Positions 29,154-38,683 of a stretch of 64,000 nt of DNA are shown one piece after another (position 1 is the first letter of the stretch; every line of letters begins with the position of its first letter). The stretch is taken from NCBI GenBank assembly GCA_963746775.1, contig CAVVCK010000001.1, positions 275,050 to 339,049 on the forward strand, written 5' to 3'. The notes beneath the pieces were generated by a model. The model made no database searches, was not told where the DNA came from, and saw only the letters and a program-made list of their open reading frames with translations. Source of the DNA: an uncultured bacterium (GTDB taxonomy: Bacteria > Patescibacteriota > JABMPQ01 > CAVVCK01). A program made the translations under genes and the position numbers.

Positions 29154-29164
29154 TAATTTATGTT

Positions 29165-29596
29165 TTATTTTTTCAAAATTTCTAAAACATTTTTTAGAAT
29201 ATTATCCACATCAGCATAATACGATACTTCTATAGCTTGCTCTATATTTACCCATTGAACAGCCTGCACACCATCTTCTTGCTGCGGTACTATTTCAGCC
29301 TTCGGATTAATAAGCTTCATCAAATAAAAATGGACTATTTTATAAATCTCATTTCCTTCTTTATTTTTAAATTTATAATTAATATCTCCTAAATATTTTT
29401 TAATTCTCAGATCCTTAATTTTTAAACCAGTCTCTTCACTTACTTCCCTGGCAGCTGCTCCTATTTTAGTTTCTTTTTCGTCAATATGCCCTTTGGGAAA
29501 AGCCCACTGTCCATAAGAATCTTTAATAAACAAAATCATAATACCTTTATTAGTTTTTTTATAAACTATTCCTCCTGAACAATATTCTTCTTTCAT
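29165..29596 (-). CDS. NUDIX hydrolase.
   Basis: Nudix box GHIDEKETKIGAAAREVSEETGL. Confidence 0.85.
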   Translation of the reverse strand: MKEEYCSGGIVYKKTNKGIMILFIKDSYGQWAFPKGHIDEKETKIGAAAREVSEETGLKIKDLRIKKYLGDINYKFKNKEGNEIYKIVHFYLMKLINPKAEIVPQQEDGVQAVQWVNIEQAIEVSYYADVDNILKNVLEILKK

Positions 29597-29653
29597 TTTT
29601 TTATTTTAATAATTTAAAATTACACCTTTATATTACACGAAAAAATAAAAACA

Positions 29654-30826
29654 CTATACTACTATTTTCTCAATTCCCTCCACAGCCTCTTTTATTATTT
29701 TTTCAATGTCTAATTTCTCCTCCTCGCTTAAAACATCCTTTAATTTCGCTCTTGTCTCCGGATGTTTGGGCACAAAAAGAGAACAACAATCTTCATAGGG
29801 CGCACTGGATATTTCAAAAGTTCCTATTCTTCTAGCTTCATTAATAATATCTTCTTTATCCGTTCCGATTAAAGGCCGTAGGATAGGTAGCTCAGCCGCC
29901 TCATTAATAGCTTGAATATTTTCCAAGGTTTGTGAGGCAACCTGACCAAGGCTCTCTCCTGTTAATAGCGCTTTGGCATTTTCACGCTTAGCTATCAATT
30001 CTGCCATTTTAATCATTAATCTTCTATATAAAATTATTTTTAAAGTCGGATTGCACTTTAAATGAATTTCTTTTTGAATATTTAAGAATGGTATTAAATA
30101 TAGAGTCGACTTGAATTGATATTGATTGAGAATTTTAACAATTTTTTTAACATTATTTAATGACGCCTTGTTTGTCTGCGGATAGCTATGAAAATGTACA
30201 AATATAACTTTGGCTCCTCTTTTCATTATTTGATACGAAGCTATTGGAGAATCAAATCCAGATGATATTAAAGAAATAACTTTACCAGAAATTCCAGCAG
30301 GAAATCCGCCTGGTCCTTTTATTTTTTCAGAATAAATATAGGCTTTGTTTTTTTCTAAAATATCAATCTGCAAAGTATATTCTTGCTCTCTCATTTTAAC
30401 TTTTAAATCCGGAATATTATTAAGTATATATTCCCCTATCTGCCTATTTACTTGCTGTGAATCTAGGCTATAAGCTTTGTCAGATCTTCTAGTTTTGATT
30501 TTAAATGTTTTAAAAAAATTTTCTGCATGTTCTTTCTTAAAAATTCTTAAAGATTCTTCTTTCAAATTTTCCCATTCTGAATTTACTTCCAAAGCTTCAA
30601 AAAAATAAGCAATGCCAAATACCAGTAATAATTTAGATTTAATTTTTTCTATATCAGATTTATTATTTAATTTAATTAATATTCTACCCCACAGTCGCTC
30701 AATTTGATCATACTCTAAGTTTCTAATAGCCACCTTAATATTATCACAAAGTTTTTCTTCAAAATATCTTCTATTACCACCCTTTAGAGCTATTTCATGA
30801 TAGTGGATTATTATATAGTTATTCAC
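29654..30826 (-). CDS. thiI: tRNA 4-thiouridine synthase.
   Basis: THUMP-like N-terminus and PP-loop SGFDS (LISSGFDSPIASY). Confidence 0.85.
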   Translation of the reverse strand: MNNYIIIHYHEIALKGGNRRYFEEKLCDNIKVAIRNLEYDQIERLWGRILIKLNNKSDIEKIKSKLLLVFGIAYFFEALEVNSEWENLKEESLRIFKKEHAENFFKTFKIKTRRSDKAYSLDSQQVNRQIGEYILNNIPDLKVKMREQEYTLQIDILEKNKAYIYSEKIKGPGGFPAGISGKVISLISSGFDSPIASYQIMKRGAKVIFVHFHSYPQTNKASLNNVKKIVKILNQYQFKSTLYLIPFLNIQKEIHLKCNPTLKIILYRRLMIKMAELIAKRENAKALLTGESLGQVASQTLENIQAINEAAELPILRPLIGTDKEDIINEARRIGTFEISSAPYEDCCSLFVPKHPETRAKLKDVLSEEEKLDIEKIIKEAVEGIEKIVV

Positions 30827-30895
30827 AGCTTTTAGTTTTAAATTACTTTTAAATATAGTATAGTATACATAATAAAAAATAATAATCTACAAAAA

Positions 30896-31957
30896 ATGTC
30901 AAAAACAAAAATTTTTGGAGTTGTACTATTTTCTTTAGTTTTGCTGTTTACTTTCTCTTTAGCCCAAGCTGCAACCGATGCCGAAGAATTACAGCCAGCA
31001 GCACCTGGAGAGGCTACTAAAATTGGTGATTTAGGCCATTATTTTGATGAGTATTCCAGTTATTTACAATTAGATACGGCTCTTCATTCTAGTGAAACTA
31101 TGCATTTGCCTGACGTTCATATTGGCGGACAAGGAGTGGGTGGTGTTACCTTTTTTAATGGTACTATCGTTAATGAAACTACAGATCCAGAGACAGGAGC
31201 AGACCAACCGGTAACTTTTGGTGATAAGGTAAGAATTGATGACTACATTTACCGTAATGATCCTGGCGCAGTTGATAAAATGCCTGTTCTAATCGGCGAT
31301 GGTCTATCTCCTGCTCTAGACGCTGCTAATTCATTGGGTGAAGCAGAAAGAAGATGGCAATATTTATATGTCTCGGATAATATTTATGGGGATGATTTAA
31401 TAAATGAAAATAATTTATCGGTAACTAACGATCCTACTGCTAATTACGTATTATCTTATGCTGGAGATAACAGATTTACCTGGACATCCAATACCTTAAA
31501 TGCTTTATCTTGTTTTAATGGACAAATAGTAGTCTATGACTCAGCGACTACTTCATGGGTATGTTCTGACCTGGGCGATGCTATAAGTGATGCTATAGAT
31601 GGAGGCGACACTATTATTTCATCCAGTTCAACAACTATAGAAACACATCACCATGATGGAAGTTCATCTACTACAATTAATGCCCATGTAGTTGATGGTA
31701 CCACAACTTTAATCCCGGTCTGTAATACCGGCACATATGTGGCAGCTAACTCTATTACAATAAATTTAGAAAGCGGTGAGGCATTTTCTGATACAAATTA
31801 TACTGTTACCGCAACATACGAAACAGCAACAACACCAACAGCAGCTATGCAAAGTAGAAGTCCTATTATTGTAGATAAAATAAGTGGCAGCAGGTTCATA
31901 ATCTATACTTGCCTAGGAGATGCATCTTACGTGAATTGGCATGCCTTCGGTGATTAA
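30896..31957 (+). CDS. Secreted hypothetical protein.
   Basis: Signal peptide ...SLAQA. No recognisable motifs. Confidence 0.5.
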   Translation: MSKTKIFGVVLFSLVLLFTFSLAQAATDAEELQPAAPGEATKIGDLGHYFDEYSSYLQLDTALHSSETMHLPDVHIGGQGVGGVTFFNGTIVNETTDPETGADQPVTFGDKVRIDDYIYRNDPGAVDKMPVLIGDGLSPALDAANSLGEAERRWQYLYVSDNIYGDDLINENNLSVTNDPTANYVLSYAGDNRFTWTSNTLNALSCFNGQIVVYDSATTSWVCSDLGDAISDAIDGGDTIISSSSTTIETHHHDGSSSTTINAHVVDGTTTLIPVCNTGTYVAANSITINLESGEAFSDTNYTVTATYETATTPTAAMQSRSPIIVDKISGSRFIIYTCLGDASYVNWHAFGD

Positions 31958-31982
31958 TCTCTCAATTATCAATATAAGAAAT

Positions 31983-32008
31983 AGGGCTTCAACAAGCCCT
32001 GTTTTTTT
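31983..32008 (+). terminator. Rho-independent terminator.
   Basis: agggcttcaacaagccct + TTTTTTT. Confidence 0.6.
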
Positions 32009-32182
32009 ATTGTAAAATCTATTTATCCCCTCGCCTTTTTGCTAAAAATATGTTATAATTGCTATGGAAGTTAAATTGGTAATATTCTTACAATTTTTTT
32101 TTGAATAATTAGTGAAAATATTACAACTTGACAATTAACTAATTTGTGATATATTAAATTATAAATAAATAACTATAAAAAT

Positions 32183-33922
32183 ATGGCAACAGCAGAAAAT
32201 TTACCTGGACAAGATCCTAGAGAAAAAGCTGCTCAAGAATTCGCAAAACAACAAAAAAAACAAAGATCGGAACAAGAAGCTATGAGAGAAGCAGCTGATA
32301 AATCTGGCATAAAATACGAGGAGACAGAAGGTGGATATGCTGTATCAGGTGGTACAGCTAGAAAAGAAAAGCCTGCTTTAAAAGTAATAGAGGGGGGTAA
32401 AGAAGAAAAACCAACACTAATGATAAGTAGCGAAAAAGAAAGGCAAGAAATGTTTGATGAATTAACAAAATCTTTTTCAGAAGGAAAAATAGACCTTGAT
32501 CAGTTTACAGGAAAATATAATGATATATACCAAGCTGAAGTGGAAGAAACATTAGTAGAAGTAACACAAGTTACCCCCGATCAATATATAGATCTTCAAG
32601 ACACAATAAAAAAACAGTTTAAAGATCCTAAAGAACAAGCTGAAAAATTAGCTCTTTTAGATGAAACAACCGAACTTGTGGTAGATGAAAAGGCAGAAGA
32701 AGAAAAAAGAGAAGGCTACGATTTAAAAGACTTAGTCGAATTATCTGATCAAAAGAATAAACAAGAAGCTCAGGCTACTTCTGGTGCTTTAAAAAACGCA
32801 ACTGAACTTCTTGAGAGAGGTATCTTGTCTGCCGACGAAACAAGAGATATAGTCACCGATGCTTTTATATTAAAGGCAAGTAAAAATCTAAAAGAGGGAA
32901 AAATGGAATTATATGCAGCTATAGGACTTTCTAATATGATCGAAGGAGACACAGAAAAATTACAAAAAGCTGTCAATGCCAGAAAAGCTGAATTGACAAA
33001 ACAAGCTAGAGTAGAAATGGATAAAGGAATAGATGCAGCTTATGATAGAGGTGATTTATCATTTTCTAGCGAAGAATTCGAAGAAAGTCAAAGAGCTTAT
33101 AAAGATCAAGCCAGAAAAATTCAAGATGAACTTGGCATTAACATTAAAAATCCTAGCTTTTCTGACCGCTTTAAAATACAAGTTATGAAACTACAGCCTG
33201 CAAAACGAAAAGCTTATTTTGATCCATTAGAAAGCTTTCGTACTGAATATCAATCAAAAGTAAATCAAGTTACTGAAAAAGCACCCCAATCTTTATCAAG
33301 CAAACCCCTAGCAGAATTACAAAGAGCAGGAATGGTTTCTGCTGCTAAAATACCAGAAAAAACCTTATCACCTGAAGAAAAATTAGAAAGAGACTTAGAG
33401 TCAGGAGAAATTTCTCTAAACGAATATCTTAAAATTACTAATGCAGCAGATAAGGTAAGAGAGGGGTTAGAAGAAAAACACAGAAAAAACTTAGCAGACA
33501 TAGAAATACTTAAGAATACTCCTTTGATAATGAAAAGTATTGATGAAATGAAAAAAGAAGGAATAATAGACGTATCTAGTACTGACTACCAAAAAGCTGT
33601 TCATGATCTTTATACTAGTAAGCAATGGCTAGAAACAAATGCCAATTATGATCCTAATAAAGGGTTCTTTGCCAATTGGGCCAGAGCCAGAGAAGCTCAA
33701 ATCGACATGAGTCAGTATAAAAAATATCGCAAACAATACCTAGAAGCTGAAAAAAGATTCCACGAATTGAATTCAATTTTAGAAAAAGCCAATTTCTGGG
33801 GTGAGGCAGAAATAATCGAAGCTATTGCGCCAGCAGCAACAGAACCGCAAGGTCAAGAAGCTCCTACTCCATTTACAACTAACAAATCTGCGCCTGATAC
33901 AACAAAAAGAACTAATGCGTAA
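32183..33922 (+). CDS. Highly charged (E/K-rich) coiled-coil hypothetical protein.
   Basis: 579 aa with no TM helix and no recognisable enzymatic motifs. Confidence 0.5.
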   Translation: MATAENLPGQDPREKAAQEFAKQQKKQRSEQEAMREAADKSGIKYEETEGGYAVSGGTARKEKPALKVIEGGKEEKPTLMISSEKERQEMFDELTKSFSEGKIDLDQFTGKYNDIYQAEVEETLVEVTQVTPDQYIDLQDTIKKQFKDPKEQAEKLALLDETTELVVDEKAEEEKREGYDLKDLVELSDQKNKQEAQATSGALKNATELLERGILSADETRDIVTDAFILKASKNLKEGKMELYAAIGLSNMIEGDTEKLQKAVNARKAELTKQARVEMDKGIDAAYDRGDLSFSSEEFEESQRAYKDQARKIQDELGINIKNPSFSDRFKIQVMKLQPAKRKAYFDPLESFRTEYQSKVNQVTEKAPQSLSSKPLAELQRAGMVSAAKIPEKTLSPEEKLERDLESGEISLNEYLKITNAADKVREGLEEKHRKNLADIEILKNTPLIMKSIDEMKKEGIIDVSSTDYQKAVHDLYTSKQWLETNANYDPNKGFFANWARAREAQIDMSQYKKYRKQYLEAEKRFHELNSILEKANFWGEAEIIEAIAPAATEPQGQEAPTPFTTNKSAPDTTKRTNA

Positions 33923-33955
33923 AATATAATACTTATTTAAGTAAAATATAAAAAA

Positions 33956-33985
33956 ACAAGCCTTTAAAACTATGGCTTGTTTTTT
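33956..33985. terminator. Bidirectional terminator between convergent genes.
   Basis: aaaaaacaagcctttaaaactatggcttgttttttaa. Confidence 0.55.
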
Positions 33986-34006
33986 AATGCGAGATACTTA
34001 ATATTC

Positions 34007-34324
34007 TTACTTCTCTTTAGATTTTTCAGAAGGAGGAGTTAATTCCTCTCCTTGCGGAGAAGGAACTCCAAGCTCCTCTGGTGTCGTGCCTTCCCCCCTT
34101 TTTTTAGATCCAGTAAGACTCCTACCAGTTCTAGCTTCTTCTTCTACAATTGAGCTTTCTGTATCTGCTATCGCCTTACATATAGTACAATCTCTATAAA
34201 ATCTACCATGCGGACATTTTTTCATAACCTCTCTAGGTGTCTTTGGCTTGTTGCAAACAGGACACGAACCTCTTTCATTGCCATGATCGCACATATCAAT
34301 ATCAGTACTTAATTCCTCTCTCAT
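34007..34324 (-). CDS. Small Cys4+ zinc-ribbon protein.
   Basis: CDHGNERGSCPVCNK ... CPHGRFYRDCTICK. Confidence 0.5.
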   Translation of the reverse strand: MREELSTDIDMCDHGNERGSCPVCNKPKTPREVMKKCPHGRFYRDCTICKAIADTESSIVEEEARTGRSLTGSKKRGEGTTPEELGVPSPQGEELTPPSEKSKEK

Positions 34325-34358
34325 TTTTTTATTAGTTAATTAATAAATAAATTTATAT

Positions 34359-36176
34359 TTATGCCGCTCTATCTAGATCTAGCCCTTTATCTTTTGGTAA
34401 TTCTTTCAATTGAGCTCTTAATCTTGATATTTTTGATACTAAATCAGATTTTTCTGCTTGATCCTCGGAAGCCTCATGTTGTAATCTTAAATAATGTATA
34501 GTCTCCTCGGTTAACAGATTATAGCGTTGAATATATCTTGGGTCGGGATTTTCTTCTAAATTTTTTCTTGCCTTACTAACATAATCAAGTCTTTCTGGTA
34601 CTAAACCAAGAGATACTATTTCATTTCTATTGGCAATTTTGCTTACCAGCTGTGTTCTCTTTTCTTTAGAAAGAGAATCGACAATTTTTCTAGCCCTTTC
34701 TCTAAGCTTAATACTTTCGGCTGAATCTTGATTCTTCGATATTGCTAAATAAATTTGTGTCAACCTTTCTTCTTCCAATCCTAAACCTATTATTTCTTCA
34801 TCAGACATACTATCTACTATATTCTTTCTTTCCTTTAATAGAGAATTTAACACTATTTCTCTATTTTTTGCTGACAATTTTTTAGCCTCTTCTATTTTTC
34901 CTGCAAGTTCTTTATAGTTTTTTATTAATGGACTCTTTTCTACAACTTCTATCAACTCGTCAGTATCTAACTCTTCTGGAGCTTCTACCTCACTTAAATC
35001 AATATCAATTGGTGTATCTTCTTCTTTGGCTAATTTTCCCAACTCTGCTAAAGCGTTATCAGCCTCATCTCCTACTCTTGCTGTGGTAATTGTAATATCA
35101 TCATCATGCGCACCTTCTTCCTTAACCCTTCTTTTTATTTCATCCACTACATCCTTAACACCACCCTTAGAATATAAATCTACCAGCTCTTCCTCCGTCA
35201 AAACATCTATTCCATCCGAAGCTAACATATAAACATCACCGGGTTTTGTCTCTATGTGACCAGCTTTGGCCATAAATTTTCCCTCTTGCACAGGATTTCC
35301 CAAAGCTTGCGTCATAAGTGCTCCTAATTTTTCTAATTTTTGTTTGTTTAGATCAAAATTTTTTGCTTCTTCTCCACTTAAACCCTGAGATTTTATTAAA
35401 CTTCCCTTCAAATGCTCAATAGCTGCAGGTTGTCTTTTAAAGAATTCTTGCAACCCCCCGCATTCACCAATAGTCTTATCAAGAATTCTACCTTTAGCAT
35501 CATAAACATCCTTCCTTTTTATCCATTTCAAATTAGCCATTTCATACAATAAATTATCCTCATCCAAAAGTTTTTCTAATTTTCCATCTCTAATTAAATA
35601 AACATGGCTATCGCCAATACCGGCAAAAGCAAAGTGTTTTTCATCTTCTGTGAAAGTACCAACTACAGCTGTAGATTTCATTTTTCCCCTTTCGGTATTT
35701 CTTCCAGCATCACTCAATATTGCTTTGTTTGCTTGACCTAGAGCTGCAACCAATTCATTTTTTAAATTATCCGGGTCTTTAAAATCTCCTTTTTCTAATT
35801 TTAAAAAATGCATAGCTACTGTATCTGCTGCCAAGCTGCTAGCTACATCACCACCTGCATCAGAGCCAACACCATCAAAAGCACCTATCAATCCAATATT
35901 CTCTATATTCAAAGCTTTGTCTTGATTAGGATGTCTTTCTGAAGAAGTGCTAATTTGCTCTGTGCTAACCTCCCTGTGAAGATATTCTGCCGCCCTGATT
36001 CTATCATCTTTTTCACGAACAACGCCTTCTTTTCTCCTGACACCAGTATCTTCTTTATCAGTATAGGGAGGATATTCTTCTCCCTCTACTTCAATAATTT
36101 CTTCAACTTGGTCAGTTAAATCTTCTATCTCTTCTTTGGCAGCTTTTTCTCCAGCTGCAAAATTTCTTTCCCCCAT
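34359..36176 (-). CDS. PP2C/PPM-family Ser/Thr phosphatase domain protein with a long C-terminal coiled coil.
   Basis: PPM motifs FDGVGSDAGGDVASSLAADTV, FAFAGIGDSHVYLIRDGKL, MLASDGIDV, and GAHDDDITITTARV. Confidence 0.65.
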   Translation of the reverse strand: MGERNFAAGEKAAKEEIEDLTDQVEEIIEVEGEEYPPYTDKEDTGVRRKEGVVREKDDRIRAAEYLHREVSTEQISTSSERHPNQDKALNIENIGLIGAFDGVGSDAGGDVASSLAADTVAMHFLKLEKGDFKDPDNLKNELVAALGQANKAILSDAGRNTERGKMKSTAVVGTFTEDEKHFAFAGIGDSHVYLIRDGKLEKLLDEDNLLYEMANLKWIKRKDVYDAKGRILDKTIGECGGLQEFFKRQPAAIEHLKGSLIKSQGLSGEEAKNFDLNKQKLEKLGALMTQALGNPVQEGKFMAKAGHIETKPGDVYMLASDGIDVLTEEELVDLYSKGGVKDVVDEIKRRVKEEGAHDDDITITTARVGDEADNALAELGKLAKEEDTPIDIDLSEVEAPEELDTDELIEVVEKSPLIKNYKELAGKIEEAKKLSAKNREIVLNSLLKERKNIVDSMSDEEIIGLGLEEERLTQIYLAISKNQDSAESIKLRERARKIVDSLSKEKRTQLVSKIANRNEIVSLGLVPERLDYVSKARKNLEENPDPRYIQRYNLLTEETIHYLRLQHEASEDQAEKSDLVSKISRLRAQLKELPKDKGLDLDRAA

Positions 36177-36212
36177 ATTTTTTTATTATTTATTATAAAA
36201 TTAAATTATAAA

Positions 36213-36620
36213 TTAAGCTGCCTCCCTATAATCTTCTCTACCAATAATTTCTTCCCTTCTTTTTAATAATTCATTTCTTTTATTTCTAAAAGCATTAAAT
36301 TTTTCCTGATATTCTTCTTTAGTCATTCTTCCTGGACCAGATAGACCCTGCTCTTCTCTTATAGATCTTATACTAACATCATCTTCAAATTCCAGTCTTG
36401 CTTTTTCTAGTTTTTTAATTTCATCGTCAACAAGGGCTAGAGCTGCTTCTTTCTCCATATTTTCTAATTGCTTATCACTCATAGGATCCTCTCCTTCAAC
36501 TTCCTTAATTTCAGGAACTACCATATCAAACCTAGTAGCATCATCCTGAACTTCTTTGGGTCCTTCTATTTTATCGCTTTTAAATCCATATTGTTTAGAA
36601 ATTCCTCCTCCATCTCTCAT
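36213..36620 (-). CDS. Acidic hypothetical protein.
   Basis: 135 aa, E/D-rich, no recognisable motifs. Confidence 0.4.
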   Translation of the reverse strand: MRDGGGISKQYGFKSDKIEGPKEVQDDATRFDMVVPEIKEVEGEDPMSDKQLENMEKEAALALVDDEIKKLEKARLEFEDDVSIRSIREEQGLSGPGRMTKEEYQEKFNAFRNKRNELLKRREEIIGREDYREAA

Positions 36621-36681
36621 ACGTTTTTTTATTATATCATTTATGTATTACACTATATCATATTTATGACATATTGTCAAC

Positions 36682-37257
36682 CTATTTTTCCCTTATTTTA
36701 AGGTCATAGGACACCTCTTCAATCTTTCTCAAATTCCTCTTAGCCTGATCATATTTCCCTCTATGTTTACCCAACAAATCAAATTTAACCAATTCTCCTA
36801 CAACGCTTTGTACCGCTTCCTGATATTCTCCAATTTTGTTATTATCACCCTTTGTTACTGCTTGAACTGCTTTTCTAACAATTTCTCCAGTAAAATCACA
36901 TATACCCCCTATTAGGTCATTAAAATCAGCAGTAACACTTGATTTAAAATCAACTTGACCAGTTTTTAGAAATTCATAAAACATAGAAGCCTCGATAAAC
37001 TCTTCTAAACCTTCTTTATATGAACCTTCATTTTTTAATCTTTTTTCTTTCTCAAATAATTTTTCTAAATTTATAATTTTATTTTCCGTATCTTTTAATA
37101 TTTTCTCTGCTTCCTTTAGTTCGTCTCTATGCAATGCAAAAATAGCCTGTTTGGAATTTCTTAAAATATCACGCGAGTCAACAATGATTTGGTCACGAAA
37201 TTTAGTGTAATTTCTATAGGAAGTAAGTAGCTCGTTAAACAAAACTTTATTCAACAT
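36682..37257 (-). CDS. Translin-family-like helical protein (tentative).
   Basis: Residues (a) ...VDSRDILRNSKQAIFALHRD...AEKIL, (b) EGLEEFIEASMFYEFLKTGQ, (c) DLIGGICDFTGEIVRKAVQAVTKGD and (d) C-terminal NLRKIEEVSYDLKIREK echo Translin motifs, including the DLTGEL-type segment and the C-terminal K(V/I)EEVVYDL. Confidence 0.4.
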   Translation of the reverse strand: MLNKVLFNELLTSYRNYTKFRDQIIVDSRDILRNSKQAIFALHRDELKEAEKILKDTENKIINLEKLFEKEKRLKNEGSYKEGLEEFIEASMFYEFLKTGQVDFKSSVTADFNDLIGGICDFTGEIVRKAVQAVTKGDNNKIGEYQEAVQSVVGELVKFDLLGKHRGKYDQAKRNLRKIEEVSYDLKIREK

Positions 37258-37280
37258 TTTATTTTATATTATAAATTATA

Positions 37281-38009
37281 TTATTCGAAATTAAAACTAT
37301 CAATCATACTATCAAAATCCCCTTTATACTTATTATAATCAGCTTCAGCTCCAGAATAAGAAATAGTATAAACATCGTCTCCTTGAAAAAAATAAACTCG
37401 TATAGACATACCTTCTTCTTCAAAATTAGTTTCTTCTTTTATAGCCTTAAGCCCAGCTACAGCTATTTGATTAGAACTCTTTGGCTCCCCTGAAAATAGA
37501 TGTCCCTCTCTGGCCCAATCTTCCAAAGATAAATTCCTAGGATTACCTTGCACTAATATTTCTACTTTTATCCCCTCCACTAAATCAATATCACTTATTT
37601 TATCAACTTTATTATTTAGGAAATAGACTATCCAGCTATCTTCCCTATTTTCCGGACCCTCAAACCAGCTCTGTGGGTATTTTATATTATAATTATAGAA
37701 AGTATTTTTATAAATTTGCCAATCTTTTGTTTTTTCATCTACGTTTCCAACCTTATCTGAACTAACATTTTCTTTACTGTCCTCTCTTGATGGTTCATTA
37801 TTTTTATCTTCTGTCTTTTTTTCTTCTACTTGTTCTTTGCCTGCCTGGGTAATTTCACCTTGTGCTCCCTGTTCTTTTTCTAATTTTATTTCTTCCCTAT
37901 GGTACCAATAACTATAGGCAAAAATAGCTATTATGATTAAAGCTCCTAAAATAGATGTTAAAATTATTATTAAATTTTTATTATTTTTTATAAACATGGT
38001 TATTTCCAA
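37281..38009 (-). CDS. Membrane-anchored hypothetical protein with an extracytoplasmic domain.
   Basis: N-terminal TM helix, charged linker, and a beta-rich C-terminal domain. Confidence 0.45.
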   Translation of the reverse strand: MEITMFIKNNKNLIIILTSILGALIIIAIFAYSYWYHREEIKLEKEQGAQGEITQAGKEQVEEKKTEDKNNEPSREDSKENVSSDKVGNVDEKTKDWQIYKNTFYNYNIKYPQSWFEGPENREDSWIVYFLNNKVDKISDIDLVEGIKVEILVQGNPRNLSLEDWAREGHLFSGEPKSSNQIAVAGLKAIKEETNFEEEGMSIRVYFFQGDDVYTISYSGAEADYNKYKGDFDSMIDSFNFE

Positions 38010-38035
38010 TTAAAATTTTTTGTGTGAAAGAAATT

Positions 38036-38100
38036 TCTGCCATGGGCGGGAAATTCTTCTACGTTCCCCATGGGAACGGTCCCTGCTGCCCATGGCAGCA
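38036..38100. repeat. REP-like GC-rich palindromes with a CCATGGG core (left flank of the transposase remnant).
   Basis: tctgccatgggcgggaa, gttccccatgggaac, and tgctgcccatggcagca. Local GC is far above the window average. Confidence 0.6.
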
Positions 38101-38106
38101 ATTTTT

Positions 38107-38683
38107 TTAATTTATAGAATTTACTCTAATACCCTCTAATGCCTTCATATCTACTACACCTTCATTGTTTTCTTCCACACTAATCACACTACGCACTATT
38201 TCTTGAACTTGTTTTTCACCAAACTTCTTGACCGTATAATAATAACTAGAAAAAGAATTTTCTTTTAATTCTGCAAAGGATTGCCAATAACATAGCCAGT
38301 TACCTTCCAAGATACTTCTTCGTTTTTAATATAAAAAACTTTAGTGCTTTGCCAAAATGTTTCATAAGGAACTTGGTAAAGTTTTCTGTATTCTCGTGAA
38401 GTTCCACTGTGAAGTATATTTTTCAATTGAGTCATCTTTCTGCCATCATCTAAATGAAATTTTAATGAAAATGGTTTAAATTAATGCTAAAAGCTAAAAT
38501 AGGAACTTTTAAAACTTGTTTTACTTGTTTAATTTTATTTAAAATAATCTGTTTTTGGGGTATTTCTTTGAAATAAGGATAGTGAGTAAAAGTAGAAGTG
38601 GTCAGAAAATAATAGGTATTATCTGGCCAGCGAATTTTATGCCGTTTAGGGAGAGGTTGTTTCATTTTTTTATCTTCAATCAA
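38107..38683 (-). pseudogene. IS200/IS605-family HuH tyrosine transposase (RAYT-like), disrupted by at least two frameshifts.
   Basis: Three frames together read MKQPLPKRHKIRWPDNTYYFLTTSTF...ILAFSINLNHFH / LKFHLDDGRKMTQLKNILHSGTSREYRKLYQVPYETFWQSTKVFYIKNEEVSWKVTGYVIGNPLQN / ...FAELKENSFSSYYY. This matches RAYT/TnpA motifs (NHxH HuH, WQ, YI..NP, WSSY). Confidence 0.65.

Noticed and set aside
38462-38683. The transposase N-terminal ORF as an intact small gene translationally coupled to queH.
   Set aside because: Its continuation is recoverable in shifted frames with transposase motifs, so it is a fragment of a disrupted gene.
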